A stretch of 32,000 nucleotides of DNA from Clostridiales bacterium (GTDB lineage: Bacteria > Bacillota > Clostridia > Christensenellales > Pumilibacteraceae), in NCBI GenBank assembly GCA_014799665.1, contig JAAVHP010000010.1, positions 40,085 through 72,084 of the forward strand, read 5' to 3'. The position numbers and the translations under genes were made by a program. This document shows positions 8,330-16,192 of this stretch, one piece after another. The first letter of the stretch is position 1. Each line of letters begins with the position of its first letter. The notes beneath the pieces were generated by a model. It did no database searches and had not been told where the DNA came from. It saw nothing but the letters and a program-made list of their open reading frames with translations.

Positions 8330-8337
8330 ATTATGAG

Positions 8338-8621
8338 TACCCGATGTCAACCCTCGATAGGATACTTTTGAGGTGCTCGTTTTGGCTCTTTTCCGCCTTA
8401 TCTCGCTCGAAGTAGCACATAGGCTACGACTTCGCTCGATAAGTCGACAAATAGCTCGAAACGAGCTACCGCAAAAGCGAGCATTTTTAGAATGCAAATC
8501 GTAGGCTTAGACAAGGAAACGCCCGCAGTATAAGCCTTATTTCGGCTATACAAGGGCGGTGACGCAGTATAAGTCACGATTTGCCTCTAAAAATGTGTTC
8601 AATCGGGGTTGGCATCGGGTA
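8338..8621 (+). other. 284-nt element bounded by 16-bp inverted repeats: a structured 5' leader RNA, or alternatively a MITE or invertible segment
   Basis: TACCCGATGTCAACCC (8338-8353) pairs with GGGTTGGCATCGGGTA (8606-8621) over 16 bp with one G-U. Internal helices: 8374-8385/8469-8482, 8397-8402/8438-8443, hairpin TAGCTCG-AAA-CGAGCTA at 8452-8468, 8494-8502/8576-8584 and 8503-8509/8531-8537. An 11-nt direct repeat CGCAGTATAAG occurs at 8524 and 8563. Confidence 0.6.
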
Positions 8622-8641
8622 ACAAACAAAAGGAAGTAGCT

Positions 8642-10300
8642 ATGTCACAGGAACTTTGTTCTACTATGGAAAAAGCGCCGCAGCGCGCACTGTTCAAGGC
8701 GTTGGGCTTGACCGACAACGAACTCAAAAAACCTATCGTTGCCGTCGTGTCTGCGCAGTCGGGTATCGACCCCGCAACCGATAGGCTCTACGCCCTCACC
8801 GACGCCGTCAAGGCGGGTATCTACGCAGGAGGCTGCACGCCCGTAGTCATGCCGGTATCGGGCGTTTGCGACGGGCTTACCGCGGGCACGGGCGGTATGC
8901 GTTACAGCCTGCCCTCGCGCGAGCTCGTAGCCGACAGTGTGGAAACGCTGCTTACCGCGCACGCGTTCGACGCGGCGGTGTTCGTATCGAACAGCGATAT
9001 GACAACGGCGGGTATGCTCATGGGCGCAATGCGCGTCAATATCCCCGCCATATTCCTGACGGGCGGAGCGCAGAACAGCGGCAGAGTCAACGGCAAAGCC
9101 GTCGGGCTGTCGGACGTTATAAGCGGCGTCGGCAAGGTCAAGGACGGCAGCGTCAATATCGACGAGCTGACCGCGCTCGAAAACTTCGCCTGCCCGAGCT
9201 ATGGCAGTTACAGCGGGCTTTCGACCGCTAACGCGCTCGCCTGCGCGCTCGAAGCGGCGGGGCTTGCGCTTATAGGCAACGGCACGGTGCCCGCAACGCA
9301 CAGCGAGCGCATAAGGCTTGCCAAGCGCACGGGTCTTACCGTGTGCGAGCTTGTGCGCGACGCGATCACGCCCAAGATGATACTGACAAAGCGCGCCATA
9401 TCCAACGCGCTGACTTTGTGTTTTGCGATCGGCGCGTCGACCGATATTATTCTGCATATTCTCGCGGTTGCCGCCGAGTGCGGCGTATCGCTCGATCTCG
9501 ACGGCGTGGCTGCGATCGCGGCTAAGACGCCCGTACTCGTCAAGCTCGCGCCGAACGGCGACAAGCTGATCGAGGATCTGTATACCGCAGGTGGGGTCAT
9601 GGCTGTGCTTCACGAACTCGCAAAAGCTAAGATCATAGACGGCTCGGCGCACACCGTCGAGGGCAATGCGCTTGCCGACGGCTACGACCACGCGCACGTG
9701 CTCGATACCGAGGTCATTCACAAGATAGACGATCCGTACTCGCCTGCCGCGCTTGTTACCGTCGTGAAAGGCAATCTTGCCGAGGACGGCGCGGTCGCCA
9801 AGTACAATTTCGAAACCAAGCCCAATGCGTTCGTGGGCAAAGCCAAGTGCTTTAACTGCGAGGAGGACGCCGTTGCGGCTGTCGGCTCGGGCAAGATAAA
9901 GAAAGGCGACGTTATAGTCGTGCGCTACGAGGGACCTATGGGCGCGCCCGGAATGCGCGAAATGCAGTCCGTTATTTCCGCGCTTATCGGCGCGGGCTTG
10001 CAGTCGGACGTTGCGCTCGTTACCGATGGACGGCTGCCCGTGGCTACGCGGTGCATTGCGGTCGGGCACGTTGCGCCGGAAGCTGCCGAGGGCGGCAAGA
10101 TCGCGCTCGTCAAGGACGGCGACAGCGTTAAGATCGATCTCGGCGCGGGGCGTATCGCGCTCGACGTGCCGGCAAAGGAGCTTCAAGCGCGCGCCAAAAA
10201 GCTTCGTCCCAAGGACGACAGTATCGGCGGCTGGCTGCTCAGATATCGCTATCTCACCACTTCCGCCGCGAACGGCTGCGTGCTCAAAAAGAAATTCTAG
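8642..10300 (+). CDS. IlvD/Edd family dehydratase homolog with non-canonical active-site motifs
   Basis: Family motifs MRYSLPSRE, RYEGPMGAPGMREM and GHVAPEAAEGG are present, with RBS AAGGAAG at 8630-8636. Canonical NCDK, GSCSGM and DGRFSG motifs instead read NSDM, GSYSGL and DGRLPV. Confidence 0.85.
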   Translation: MSQELCSTMEKAPQRALFKALGLTDNELKKPIVAVVSAQSGIDPATDRLYALTDAVKAGIYAGGCTPVVMPVSGVCDGLTAGTGGMRYSLPSRELVADSVETLLTAHAFDAAVFVSNSDMTTAGMLMGAMRVNIPAIFLTGGAQNSGRVNGKAVGLSDVISGVGKVKDGSVNIDELTALENFACPSYGSYSGLSTANALACALEAAGLALIGNGTVPATHSERIRLAKRTGLTVCELVRDAITPKMILTKRAISNALTLCFAIGASTDIILHILAVAAECGVSLDLDGVAAIAAKTPVLVKLAPNGDKLIEDLYTAGGVMAVLHELAKAKIIDGSAHTVEGNALADGYDHAHVLDTEVIHKIDDPYSPAALVTVVKGNLAEDGAVAKYNFETKPNAFVGKAKCFNCEEDAVAAVGSGKIKKGDVIVVRYEGPMGAPGMREMQSVISALIGAGLQSDVALVTDGRLPVATRCIAVGHVAPEAAEGGKIALVKDGDSVKIDLGAGRIALDVPAKELQARAKKLRPKDDSIGGWLLRYRYLTTSAANGCVLKKKF

Positions 10301-10302
10301 TT

Positions 10303-10435
10303 CCTACTTCTTTAAAAAGAAGTAGGCAAGAAATTTTTGCTGTCGTGTGTTTGCTTAGGTGGTTCGTTGGTTGTTACACCCGAATAGATTCGTGTCGTTA
10401 TAAATTACTCCACGCCACTCTGTAATTCCAATCGT
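10303..10435 (+). repeat. Hairpin-led ~135-bp intergenic repeat, copy A
   Basis: Hairpin CCTACTTCTT-TAAA-AAGAAGTAGG, then GCAAGAAA...GTGTGTTTGCTTAGGTGGT...TACACCCGAATAGATTCGTGTCGTTATAAAT...CACGCCACTCTGTAATTCCAATCGT. Collinear with copy B at 23099-23235. Confidence 0.75.
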
Positions 10436-10562
10436 AAAAGCAAAATGTCTAACTTATCCTTATTCTCGCCTTTCCTAATTGGGGAAGGTGGCACGAGCGA
10501 AACGAGTGACGGATGAGGGCATTATTAAATTAATCTTTATTCCTATCTCCCCCGGAGGTCTT

Positions 10563-11636
10563 ATGAACTTCAAGATAACCCTATTGCCGGGCGACGGCAT
10601 AGGTCCGGAAGTAATCGACGCAGCGGCGACCGTACTCGGCGCAGTCGGGCAAAAGTACGGACACGATTTCAAAATGACGTCCATGCCCATAGGCGGCGCG
10701 GCGATCGACCAGACGGGCGTACCGCTGCCTAACGAAACGCTCGAAGAATGCAACAGCTCCGACGCCGTGCTTTTGGGCGCGGTCGGCGGCGCGCAGTGGG
10801 ACGACCTCAAACCGCACCTGCGGCCCGAGCGCGGACTGCTGGGACTGCGCGCGGGGCTTAAACTGTTCGCAATGCTCTGCCCTATCGTCAGCCACGAAAC
10901 GCTCGCGTCGTCGAGCGCGCTCAAACCCGCAACGCTCAAAAAGGGCGTCGACATTATGCTCGTTCGAGAAATCTCGGGCGGCACGTACTACGGCGAGCAC
11001 GGCTACCGTGACGGCGTGTTCGGGCAAGAAGCGTTCGACAGCGAGGTGTACTCGATAAGCGAGGTCGAGCGCGTTGCCAAGATCGCGTTCGAGCTTGCCG
11101 CGGCGCGTAAGAAGAAGCTTGTAAGCGTCGATCATGCCGACCTGCTCACAACGGGCAAGCTGTGGCGCGCTACCGTCGAGAAAACGGCTAAGTCGTATCC
11201 CGACGTTAAGACCAGAAGTTTACTCATAAGCGACTGCACGGGGCGGATGCTCACCCATCCCGACGAGTACGACGTGGTGCTGTCCTCTAACGTTTACGGC
11301 GGGATACTCGCGGGCGCGTTCGCTGCGGTGTCTGGGTCTATCGGTATGCTGCCGAGCGCGGGCGTGGGCGCGGGAATCAATCTTTACGAACCCGTACACG
11401 GCGCGGCGCACGATATAGCGGGCAAGAATATAGCAAACCCGATCGGCGCGATACTGTCGGTTGCAATGATGCTGTCTATGTCGTTCGAGCTCGGTAAGGA
11501 AGCTGCGGCTGTCGATAAAGCGGTGCAGCGCGTTCTTTCCAGGGGCATACGCACGCGAGATATCGCCAAGGGCAAGAAGTTCGTGTCCTGCTCCAAGCTC
11601 GCCGAGGAAATCGCTTTGGCAATTATTGACGAATAG
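10563..11636 (+). CDS. Isocitrate/isopropylmalate dehydrogenase family (LeuB-like) homolog with non-canonical catalytic motifs
   Basis: LPGDGIGPEV, RPERGLLGLR, VREISGGTYYG and HGAAHDIAGKNIANP family motifs are present. GGAGG RBS 5 nt upstream. Canonical VDKANVL and FGDILSD read VDHADLL and YGGILAG. Confidence 0.85.
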   Translation: MNFKITLLPGDGIGPEVIDAAATVLGAVGQKYGHDFKMTSMPIGGAAIDQTGVPLPNETLEECNSSDAVLLGAVGGAQWDDLKPHLRPERGLLGLRAGLKLFAMLCPIVSHETLASSSALKPATLKKGVDIMLVREISGGTYYGEHGYRDGVFGQEAFDSEVYSISEVERVAKIAFELAAARKKKLVSVDHADLLTTGKLWRATVEKTAKSYPDVKTRSLLISDCTGRMLTHPDEYDVVLSSNVYGGILAGAFAAVSGSIGMLPSAGVGAGINLYEPVHGAAHDIAGKNIANPIGAILSVAMMLSMSFELGKEAAAVDKAVQRVLSRGIRTRDIAKGKKFVSCSKLAEEIALAIIDE

Positions 11637-11693
11637 TATACTTCACACCACTTTATCAATTAAATAAAAAACACCTATTAAGGAGAATAAAAA

Positions 11694-11915
11694 ATGTTCG
11701 AACAAATCAAACAACAGCTTGCGGAATACTTCGCAATCGATCCCGCGACTATCACCCGCGACACCTCGTTCGCAGACGACCTTAAAGCCGACTCGCTCGC
11801 TATCATGGAACTTGTGTTCAACCTTGAATCGGCGACAGGCAAAACGCTCGACGACGACGCTATGGAAAAGGTCAAGACCGTCGGCGATCTCTGCGACTAT
11901 ATGGAACAAGAATAA
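11694..11915 (+). CDS. Acyl carrier protein
   Basis: 73 aa, acidic, with LKADSLAIMELV containing the DSL phosphopantetheine-attachment serine. RBS AAGGAGA upstream. Confidence 0.85.
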   Translation: MFEQIKQQLAEYFAIDPATITRDTSFADDLKADSLAIMELVFNLESATGKTLDDDAMEKVKTVGDLCDYMEQE

Positions 11916-11954
11916 CACAATTAAAAACGCCCCGAGGGGCGTTTTTAATTGTGT
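11915..11954. terminator. Bidirectional terminator, perfect 19-bp-arm palindrome
   Basis: ACACAATTAAAAACGCCCC-GA-GGGGCGTTTTTAATTGTGT, between convergent genes. Confidence 0.9.
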
Positions 11955-11979
11955 TAATTTTTATCCTTTTTAATTTTCT

Positions 11980-13095
11980 CTACCTATATATCAAAAACAA
12001 ATACACACCGTTGGGATACCTAAAATACGGCAAAGAGTTGCCGTCGATTTTAAACTCCGCGTTTTTAACCTTGTCGTATGCCGCGCGTATCTCGGTTGCG
12101 TACATATCGGCAGCGTTGACCTGTGCCTTGCCGTCAAAATCAAGCATGACCTCTAACTTACCTATCTCGCCTTTCGCGGCGCTCACCGCCTTGAACAATT
12201 CGTTAAGCTCCTCCGCGCTTTCAATAACACGCGAGTATTCCTTGCCGCCTATAACAAGCTTATCGCCCGAAGTCGCATAATAATCGTAATCGCGCTCGGC
12301 AATATAAGGCTGCGCCTCGAACACGTGTCCATTCGGCGAGAACGCGCCGAGCGTTTTATCGCTTACCAAAAAATACCCGTGCGACAATTGCTTATCGTAC
12401 CGCCCGCCCGCGCCCATGTAGTACGCGCTGTCCGCCGTCACGTCAACGTTAAACCACTCACCGCCAAGCCTGACCTTGTTCCAAGCGTGCGGACCCGCGC
12501 CGTACGAGCCCGTAACGCGTATCGAGCTTATCCCCTCGATAGCGCACAGAAAATCAAACGCGCGGCTCAGCCCGTCGCATACAGCTTTTTTGCCCAAAAA
12601 CACGCCGTCCATATAGAACGCGGGATCGTTCATCAGATCGCTGTCGCCTTGCCAATACATGTCGTACAGTTCAAAGTCGTAATCGATATTGCACACGAGC
12701 CAATCGTGAATAACGTGAACTATTTCGTACTCGCCGTTTGGATCGGCGTGCCACTCGTTCAAAACGTATTTATCGAGTATCGCCCGCGCCGAAGCATATA
12801 TCTCCGCTACGGGATCGTCGTCTTCGAAGATCGGGCGCTTGCCGTCGTACACGACCACCGAATACAGTTCGTCCACGCGCGCGCGGTACTGCTCGGTCGT
12901 GAGCTGCGCGCCGGAAGTAGCAGACAAAGCCACGCCTTCCGCTTCGTCTATCGGGCGCACGGGCGCAGCCGACGGCGAAGCGATCAAGTGCGGCGAAATA
13001 TCGGGCGTGTCATAACCGCCGCCGCACCCTATAAAAGATAGGGGGGCACACACTGCCACCGCTACCGATAAAATTTGCTTTAAGTTAAATCGCAT
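11980..13095 (-). CDS. Transglutaminase-like (Cys-His-Asp) domain lipoprotein
   Basis: Signal peptide with lipobox SFIGC. AVCDGLSRAF ... GPHAWNKV ... NVDVT catalytic-core pattern. Start chosen at MRFNLKQ (ATG 13095), overlapping the upstream gene stop by 11 nt. Confidence 0.75.
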   Translation of the reverse strand: MRFNLKQILSVAVAVCAPLSFIGCGGGYDTPDISPHLIASPSAAPVRPIDEAEGVALSATSGAQLTTEQYRARVDELYSVVVYDGKRPIFEDDDPVAEIYASARAILDKYVLNEWHADPNGEYEIVHVIHDWLVCNIDYDFELYDMYWQGDSDLMNDPAFYMDGVFLGKKAVCDGLSRAFDFLCAIEGISSIRVTGSYGAGPHAWNKVRLGGEWFNVDVTADSAYYMGAGGRYDKQLSHGYFLVSDKTLGAFSPNGHVFEAQPYIAERDYDYYATSGDKLVIGGKEYSRVIESAEELNELFKAVSAAKGEIGKLEVMLDFDGKAQVNAADMYATEIRAAYDKVKNAEFKIDGNSLPYFRYPNGVYLFLIYR

Positions 13096-14452
13096 AAAAC
13101 GTATTTTCAATAGTAACGGTTTGCGTTCCGCCACCGCTCTGCCGCACGGTGAACGTTAGCGCTTTGCCCGTACCGCTGCGGTGATAGCTTATGATCGCGC
13201 CGATAGTATCGCTTATGTTCGGCGTAACGGTGTAATCTCCTATCTTCTCGATAACGTCGCCAACCGAAATATTTTTTGCGGGAGAGTTTTGGTCGAGCGA
13301 TGCAACGGTGAGCTTGCCGTTCCTGTATTCGCAATTGAACCCGAACGGAAGCCCCAGCCACCCGATAGCCGAGCTACTTGCGCTCTTGGCGGTCACTGAG
13401 ATCATCGAAGCCTCGCCGCCGTTGGCGGTAGCCATAATGCGCTTGTAAACAGGATAAAGCACCGACATAGGCACAATGAATCCGGTATTCTCAACGTCGG
13501 TATCCGAGCCGCCGTCCACATCGACGCCAACTGAATTACTCATGCGGTACGTACCGAGTCCGACGAGCTTGCCGCTCATATCGAACACACCGCCGCCGCT
13601 CATACCGGCGTTGATGACCGCCGTCGTGCGCATTACGGGCACAAACTTCTTTCCACCCTCGTTAAACAGGTTATTGCACTCCAACAGCTCGTACTCGCGC
13701 GAAATAACGCCTTCGTACACGGCTACGCCCAAACCCATGGCGTTACCGATCGACACCACGTAATCGCCTTCTGCGACCTTAATATCGGGCGAGAAATACT
13801 CGCTGCCTTCGAGATCGTAAACGGTAAACTGCGTGTCGTGCGAAACAGTCAGCACCGCAACGTCGTTAAGACTGTCGTAGCCGACGACCGTCGACTCGTA
13901 GAAAGTATCCTCGCCGTAGAACCGCACCGCGGGCAGACGGTGCAGAGAAACGTAGTTTGCAAGCATATGCGCGTTAGTTAGAATATACACGTCGCTGCCG
14001 ACGCGCTTCATAACGATACCGCTGCCCTTGGAAGTGCCGCACGATACCTCGACTATACCGCTTTTGCGCGCCGACACCACCGCCGAAACATTTTGCTGGA
14101 CCTCGCCATTCACGTCGATAACGGGCGGAGTCTCGCCCTTGCGCATAAAGTGCGCGGTGATCACCGCCGAGCATATCCCGACGGCTATACACATAATGCA
14201 CATAACGATGAGCACTATCCACACCATTCGGTTTTCGGTATAGCGTACCGGCTTACCATTGACCGACGCATACCCGCCGTGCATACTGTCATCGCGCGGC
14301 GTTTCGATAGTACGCACTTCGGGCGCTACTTCGGGAAGCTTGCTCGCCGTCTCTGCGGGCGAATAATTAATATCGCCGTCCGTCGGAACGATTTTATTTT
14401 CGTCGTCCGCGCTTACGGGCACGAGAACGTTGTTATCTTGAATATCACTCAT
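13085..14452 (-). CDS. HtrA/DegP-like trypsin-fold serine protease with N-terminal TM anchor and C-terminal PDZ-like region
   Basis: TNAHM (His), NDVAVL (Asp) and GMSGGG (Ser) triad motifs, with a TM segment WIVLIVMCIMCIAVGICSAVI. Start set at MSDIQDNN (ATG 14452); the listed upstream extension is AT-rich non-coding. Confidence 0.8.
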   Translation of the reverse strand: MSDIQDNNVLVPVSADDENKIVPTDGDINYSPAETASKLPEVAPEVRTIETPRDDSMHGGYASVNGKPVRYTENRMVWIVLIVMCIMCIAVGICSAVITAHFMRKGETPPVIDVNGEVQQNVSAVVSARKSGIVEVSCGTSKGSGIVMKRVGSDVYILTNAHMLANYVSLHRLPAVRFYGEDTFYESTVVGYDSLNDVAVLTVSHDTQFTVYDLEGSEYFSPDIKVAEGDYVVSIGNAMGLGVAVYEGVISREYELLECNNLFNEGGKKFVPVMRTTAVINAGMSGGGVFDMSGKLVGLGTYRMSNSVGVDVDGGSDTDVENTGFIVPMSVLYPVYKRIMATANGGEASMISVTAKSASSSAIGWLGLPFGFNCEYRNGKLTVASLDQNSPAKNISVGDVIEKIGDYTVTPNISDTIGAIISYHRSGTGKALTFTVRQSGGGTQTVTIENTFYAI

Positions 14453-14459
14453 ACCGATT

Positions 14460-14488
14460 ATTATACAACAATAAAACCGAATTGTCAA
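14460..14488 (-). promoter_or_regulatory. Consensus promoter ending 8 nt before the protease ATG (possible leaderless mRNA)
   Basis: Minus strand: TTGACA (14488..14483), 17 nt, TATAAT (14465..14460). No Shine-Dalgarno between it and ATG 14452. Confidence 0.55.
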
Positions 14489-14611
14489 CACCGACCTTTG
14501 TCGAATACGCTTAGTATTATAATTTTTCGCGTTGTTGTCGAAAACAACGACTATTATACCGTTTTCGCACTTTGTCGAAAATTTATAATACTCGCCTTTT
14601 TCGACGAAACT

Positions 14612-14655
14612 CACAAAATAAAAGCGGCTATGCCGATATCCTCGGCACAACCGCT
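14612..14655 (-). terminator. Rho-independent terminator of ung
   Basis: Imperfect 14-bp stem AGCGGCTATGCCGA / TCGGCACAACCGCT, followed on the minus strand by TTTATTTTG. Confidence 0.65.
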
Positions 14656-14710
14656 ATTTACTTATTCACCTTTTACCTATTAACTTTTCACTATTACTTC
14701 TTACTTCAAT

Positions 14711-15427
14711 CTACGCTCTGTTTATTCTATGCACGTACTTATAATACTCGGCGGGCTCGTAACGGTCGGTGCACTGCCAATGCACAGGCGGCATACCGTT
14801 CTTTGATAGCCAATCGTTCACCTTGGAGAACGGCTTTGAGCCGAAGAACCCGCGGTACGCGGAGAGCGGACTGGGATGCGCCGAAGTGACTATAAAATTC
14901 CTATTGTCTATGAGCGGCATTTTTTGGCGCGCACTCATGCCCCAAAGGATATACGCGATCGGCTTCTTTCTGAGGTTTAGCGCGGAGATGACCGCGTCGG
15001 TAAGCGACTGCCAGCCGAGCGACGAATGAGACTGCGCCTCGCCCGCACGCACCGTCAACGACGCATTGAGCAGCAACACGCCCTGGTTCGCCCAACCGAT
15101 AAGCGAAGTATCGTTATGCGGCTCAACGCCGAGGTCGGATTTGATCTCTGTAAATATATTGACAAGCGACGGCGGCGCGTCCACACCCTTATTGACGGCG
15201 AACGCCAAACCGTTTGCCTGACCCGCGCCGTGGTAGGGATCCTGACCGAGAATGACCACGCGAACTGCGTCGTAATCGACGAGTTTGAGCGCTGCGTATA
15301 TTTTATCGCGCGGCGGATAAACCTCGTAGCGCGAATATTCGCGGTCTACGGCGGCCATAAGCTCGGCGAAGTACGGTTTATCGTATTCGGCGGCGAGCAT
15401 TTCGTCCCATTTTTCGGTGATTATCAT
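14711..15427 (-). CDS. ung: Uracil-DNA glycosylase (family 1)
   Basis: ILGQDPYHG, GVLLLN and HPSPLSA motifs. Confidence 0.92.
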   Translation of the reverse strand: MIITEKWDEMLAAEYDKPYFAELMAAVDREYSRYEVYPPRDKIYAALKLVDYDAVRVVILGQDPYHGAGQANGLAFAVNKGVDAPPSLVNIFTEIKSDLGVEPHNDTSLIGWANQGVLLLNASLTVRAGEAQSHSSLGWQSLTDAVISALNLRKKPIAYILWGMSARQKMPLIDNRNFIVTSAHPSPLSAYRGFFGSKPFSKVNDWLSKNGMPPVHWQCTDRYEPAEYYKYVHRINRA

Positions 15428-15459
15428 TATCGGTTTTTCCCCTTTAAATTTCGTAAAAA

Positions 15460-15804
15460 TTATTCGCTGGGCGTCATGACCGCGCTTACGGCGGCGTTCA
15501 TGATCCGCGGGATCGCGCGCTCGCTGAGCGAGTAAAACATGACCTTGCCTTGGCGCACGCTCTCAACGATATGAGCCGTGCGCAGTATGCGCAGTTGATG
15601 CGAAACAGTCGTTTGATTGAGCGCAGTGAGCGTAGAAAGATCGGTCACGCACATAGGCGACACGGACAGCGCGGACACTATTTTAAGCCGCGTAACGTCC
15701 GAGAGCGCGTCGAAAAACGCCGCAAGAAGCCCCAAGCTGTTGCCGCTCGGAATACTTTTTTCGACCTTATCCGCAGTGTAACTATCCAACAGCATTGTGT
15801 TCAT
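15460..15804 (-). CDS. ArsR/SmtB family transcriptional regulator
   Basis: Winged-HTH pattern LSDVTRLKIVSAL...MCVTDLS...NQTTVSHQLRILR...V...RQGK. An ATATGT-N8-ACATAT inverted repeat overlaps its start codon. Lies 32 nt upstream of ung on the same strand. Confidence 0.85.
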   Translation of the reverse strand: MNTMLLDSYTADKVEKSIPSGNSLGLLAAFFDALSDVTRLKIVSALSVSPMCVTDLSTLTALNQTTVSHQLRILRTAHIVESVRQGKVMFYSLSERAIPRIMNAAVSAVMTPSE

Positions 15805-15994
15805 ATGTACAATATAACATATATTAAAACGATTGTCAACGGCGATATTTCAAGTAATCGAGCGCAGCTCTACGAAAAATGTCGAAAAGTTATAGCAGTC
15901 AAACGGTAAACTTTTCGGCATATTTCGCATATATTATTGTAATTGATTTTTACGGGTAAATTGCATTTAGATACCCGTATAAGCGAGGTCGGCC

Positions 15995-16180
15995 ATGCAA
16001 GACGAAATTTTCAATCTGTTAATGATGATACTCATGCTCGAAAACGGCGGTAGCACCGGCAATATCAATCAGCTTGTGCTCATGTTCCTGCTCATGAACT
16101 CGCGCTCGCAAAACACCTCTTCACAGCAAAACTCGCGCCACGTATGCTCCTGCGACCGCGACGACGGTTTTACTTTTTAA
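15995..16180 (+). CDS. Small hypothetical Met/Leu-rich protein with C-terminal CSC motif
   Basis: 61-aa ORF divergent from the ArsR gene. GAGGT lies 6 nt before ATG and a terminator follows. No family recognised. Confidence 0.35.
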   Translation: MQDEIFNLLMMILMLENGGSTGNINQLVLMFLLMNSRSQNTSSQQNSRHVCSCDRDDGFTF

Positions 16181-16192
16181 TGAATAAAAAGA

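Noticed and set aside
8599-8621. T-box riboswitch: AATCGGGGTTGGCATCGGG, and AATTGGGGAAGGTGGCACGAGCG at 10476-10500, loosely resemble the T-box AANNNGGGTGGNACCGCG motif
   Set aside because: The match needs insertions. I could not find Stem I features (specifier loop, AG bulge, distal loop motifs) or an antiterminator/terminator pair. The 8606-8621 segment is better explained as the 3' arm of the 16-bp closing helix.
8645-10186. 513-aa ORF antisense to the IlvD-like gene. Similar long antisense or overlapping ORFs occur at 12325-13041, 17928-19109, 20858-21814, 23875-24777, 25018-26217 and 28942-30501.
   Set aside because: They are Arg/His/Gly-rich with no family motifs, and each lies opposite a gene with strong family signatures. 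This is the expected stop-poor artefact of GC-rich coding DNA.
10303-10326. The A/T-rich hairpins at 10303, 4939, 19081 and 23099 as simple rho-independent terminators
   Set aside because: No immediate U-tract follows. The 19081 copy sits between divergently transcribed genes. The hairpins are always followed by conserved non-hairpin sequence, so they are treated as part of a repeat family.
14453-14650. N-terminal 66-codon extension of the protease ORF. Similar upstream extensions occur on the ORFs listed at 3218-4774, 30610-31548, 19235-20611, 10479-11636 and 22701-23018.
   Set aside because: The extensions run through AT-rich promoter or terminator sequence and lack RBSs. Internal Met codons with Shine-Dalgarno sequences or family-typical N-termini are better starts.
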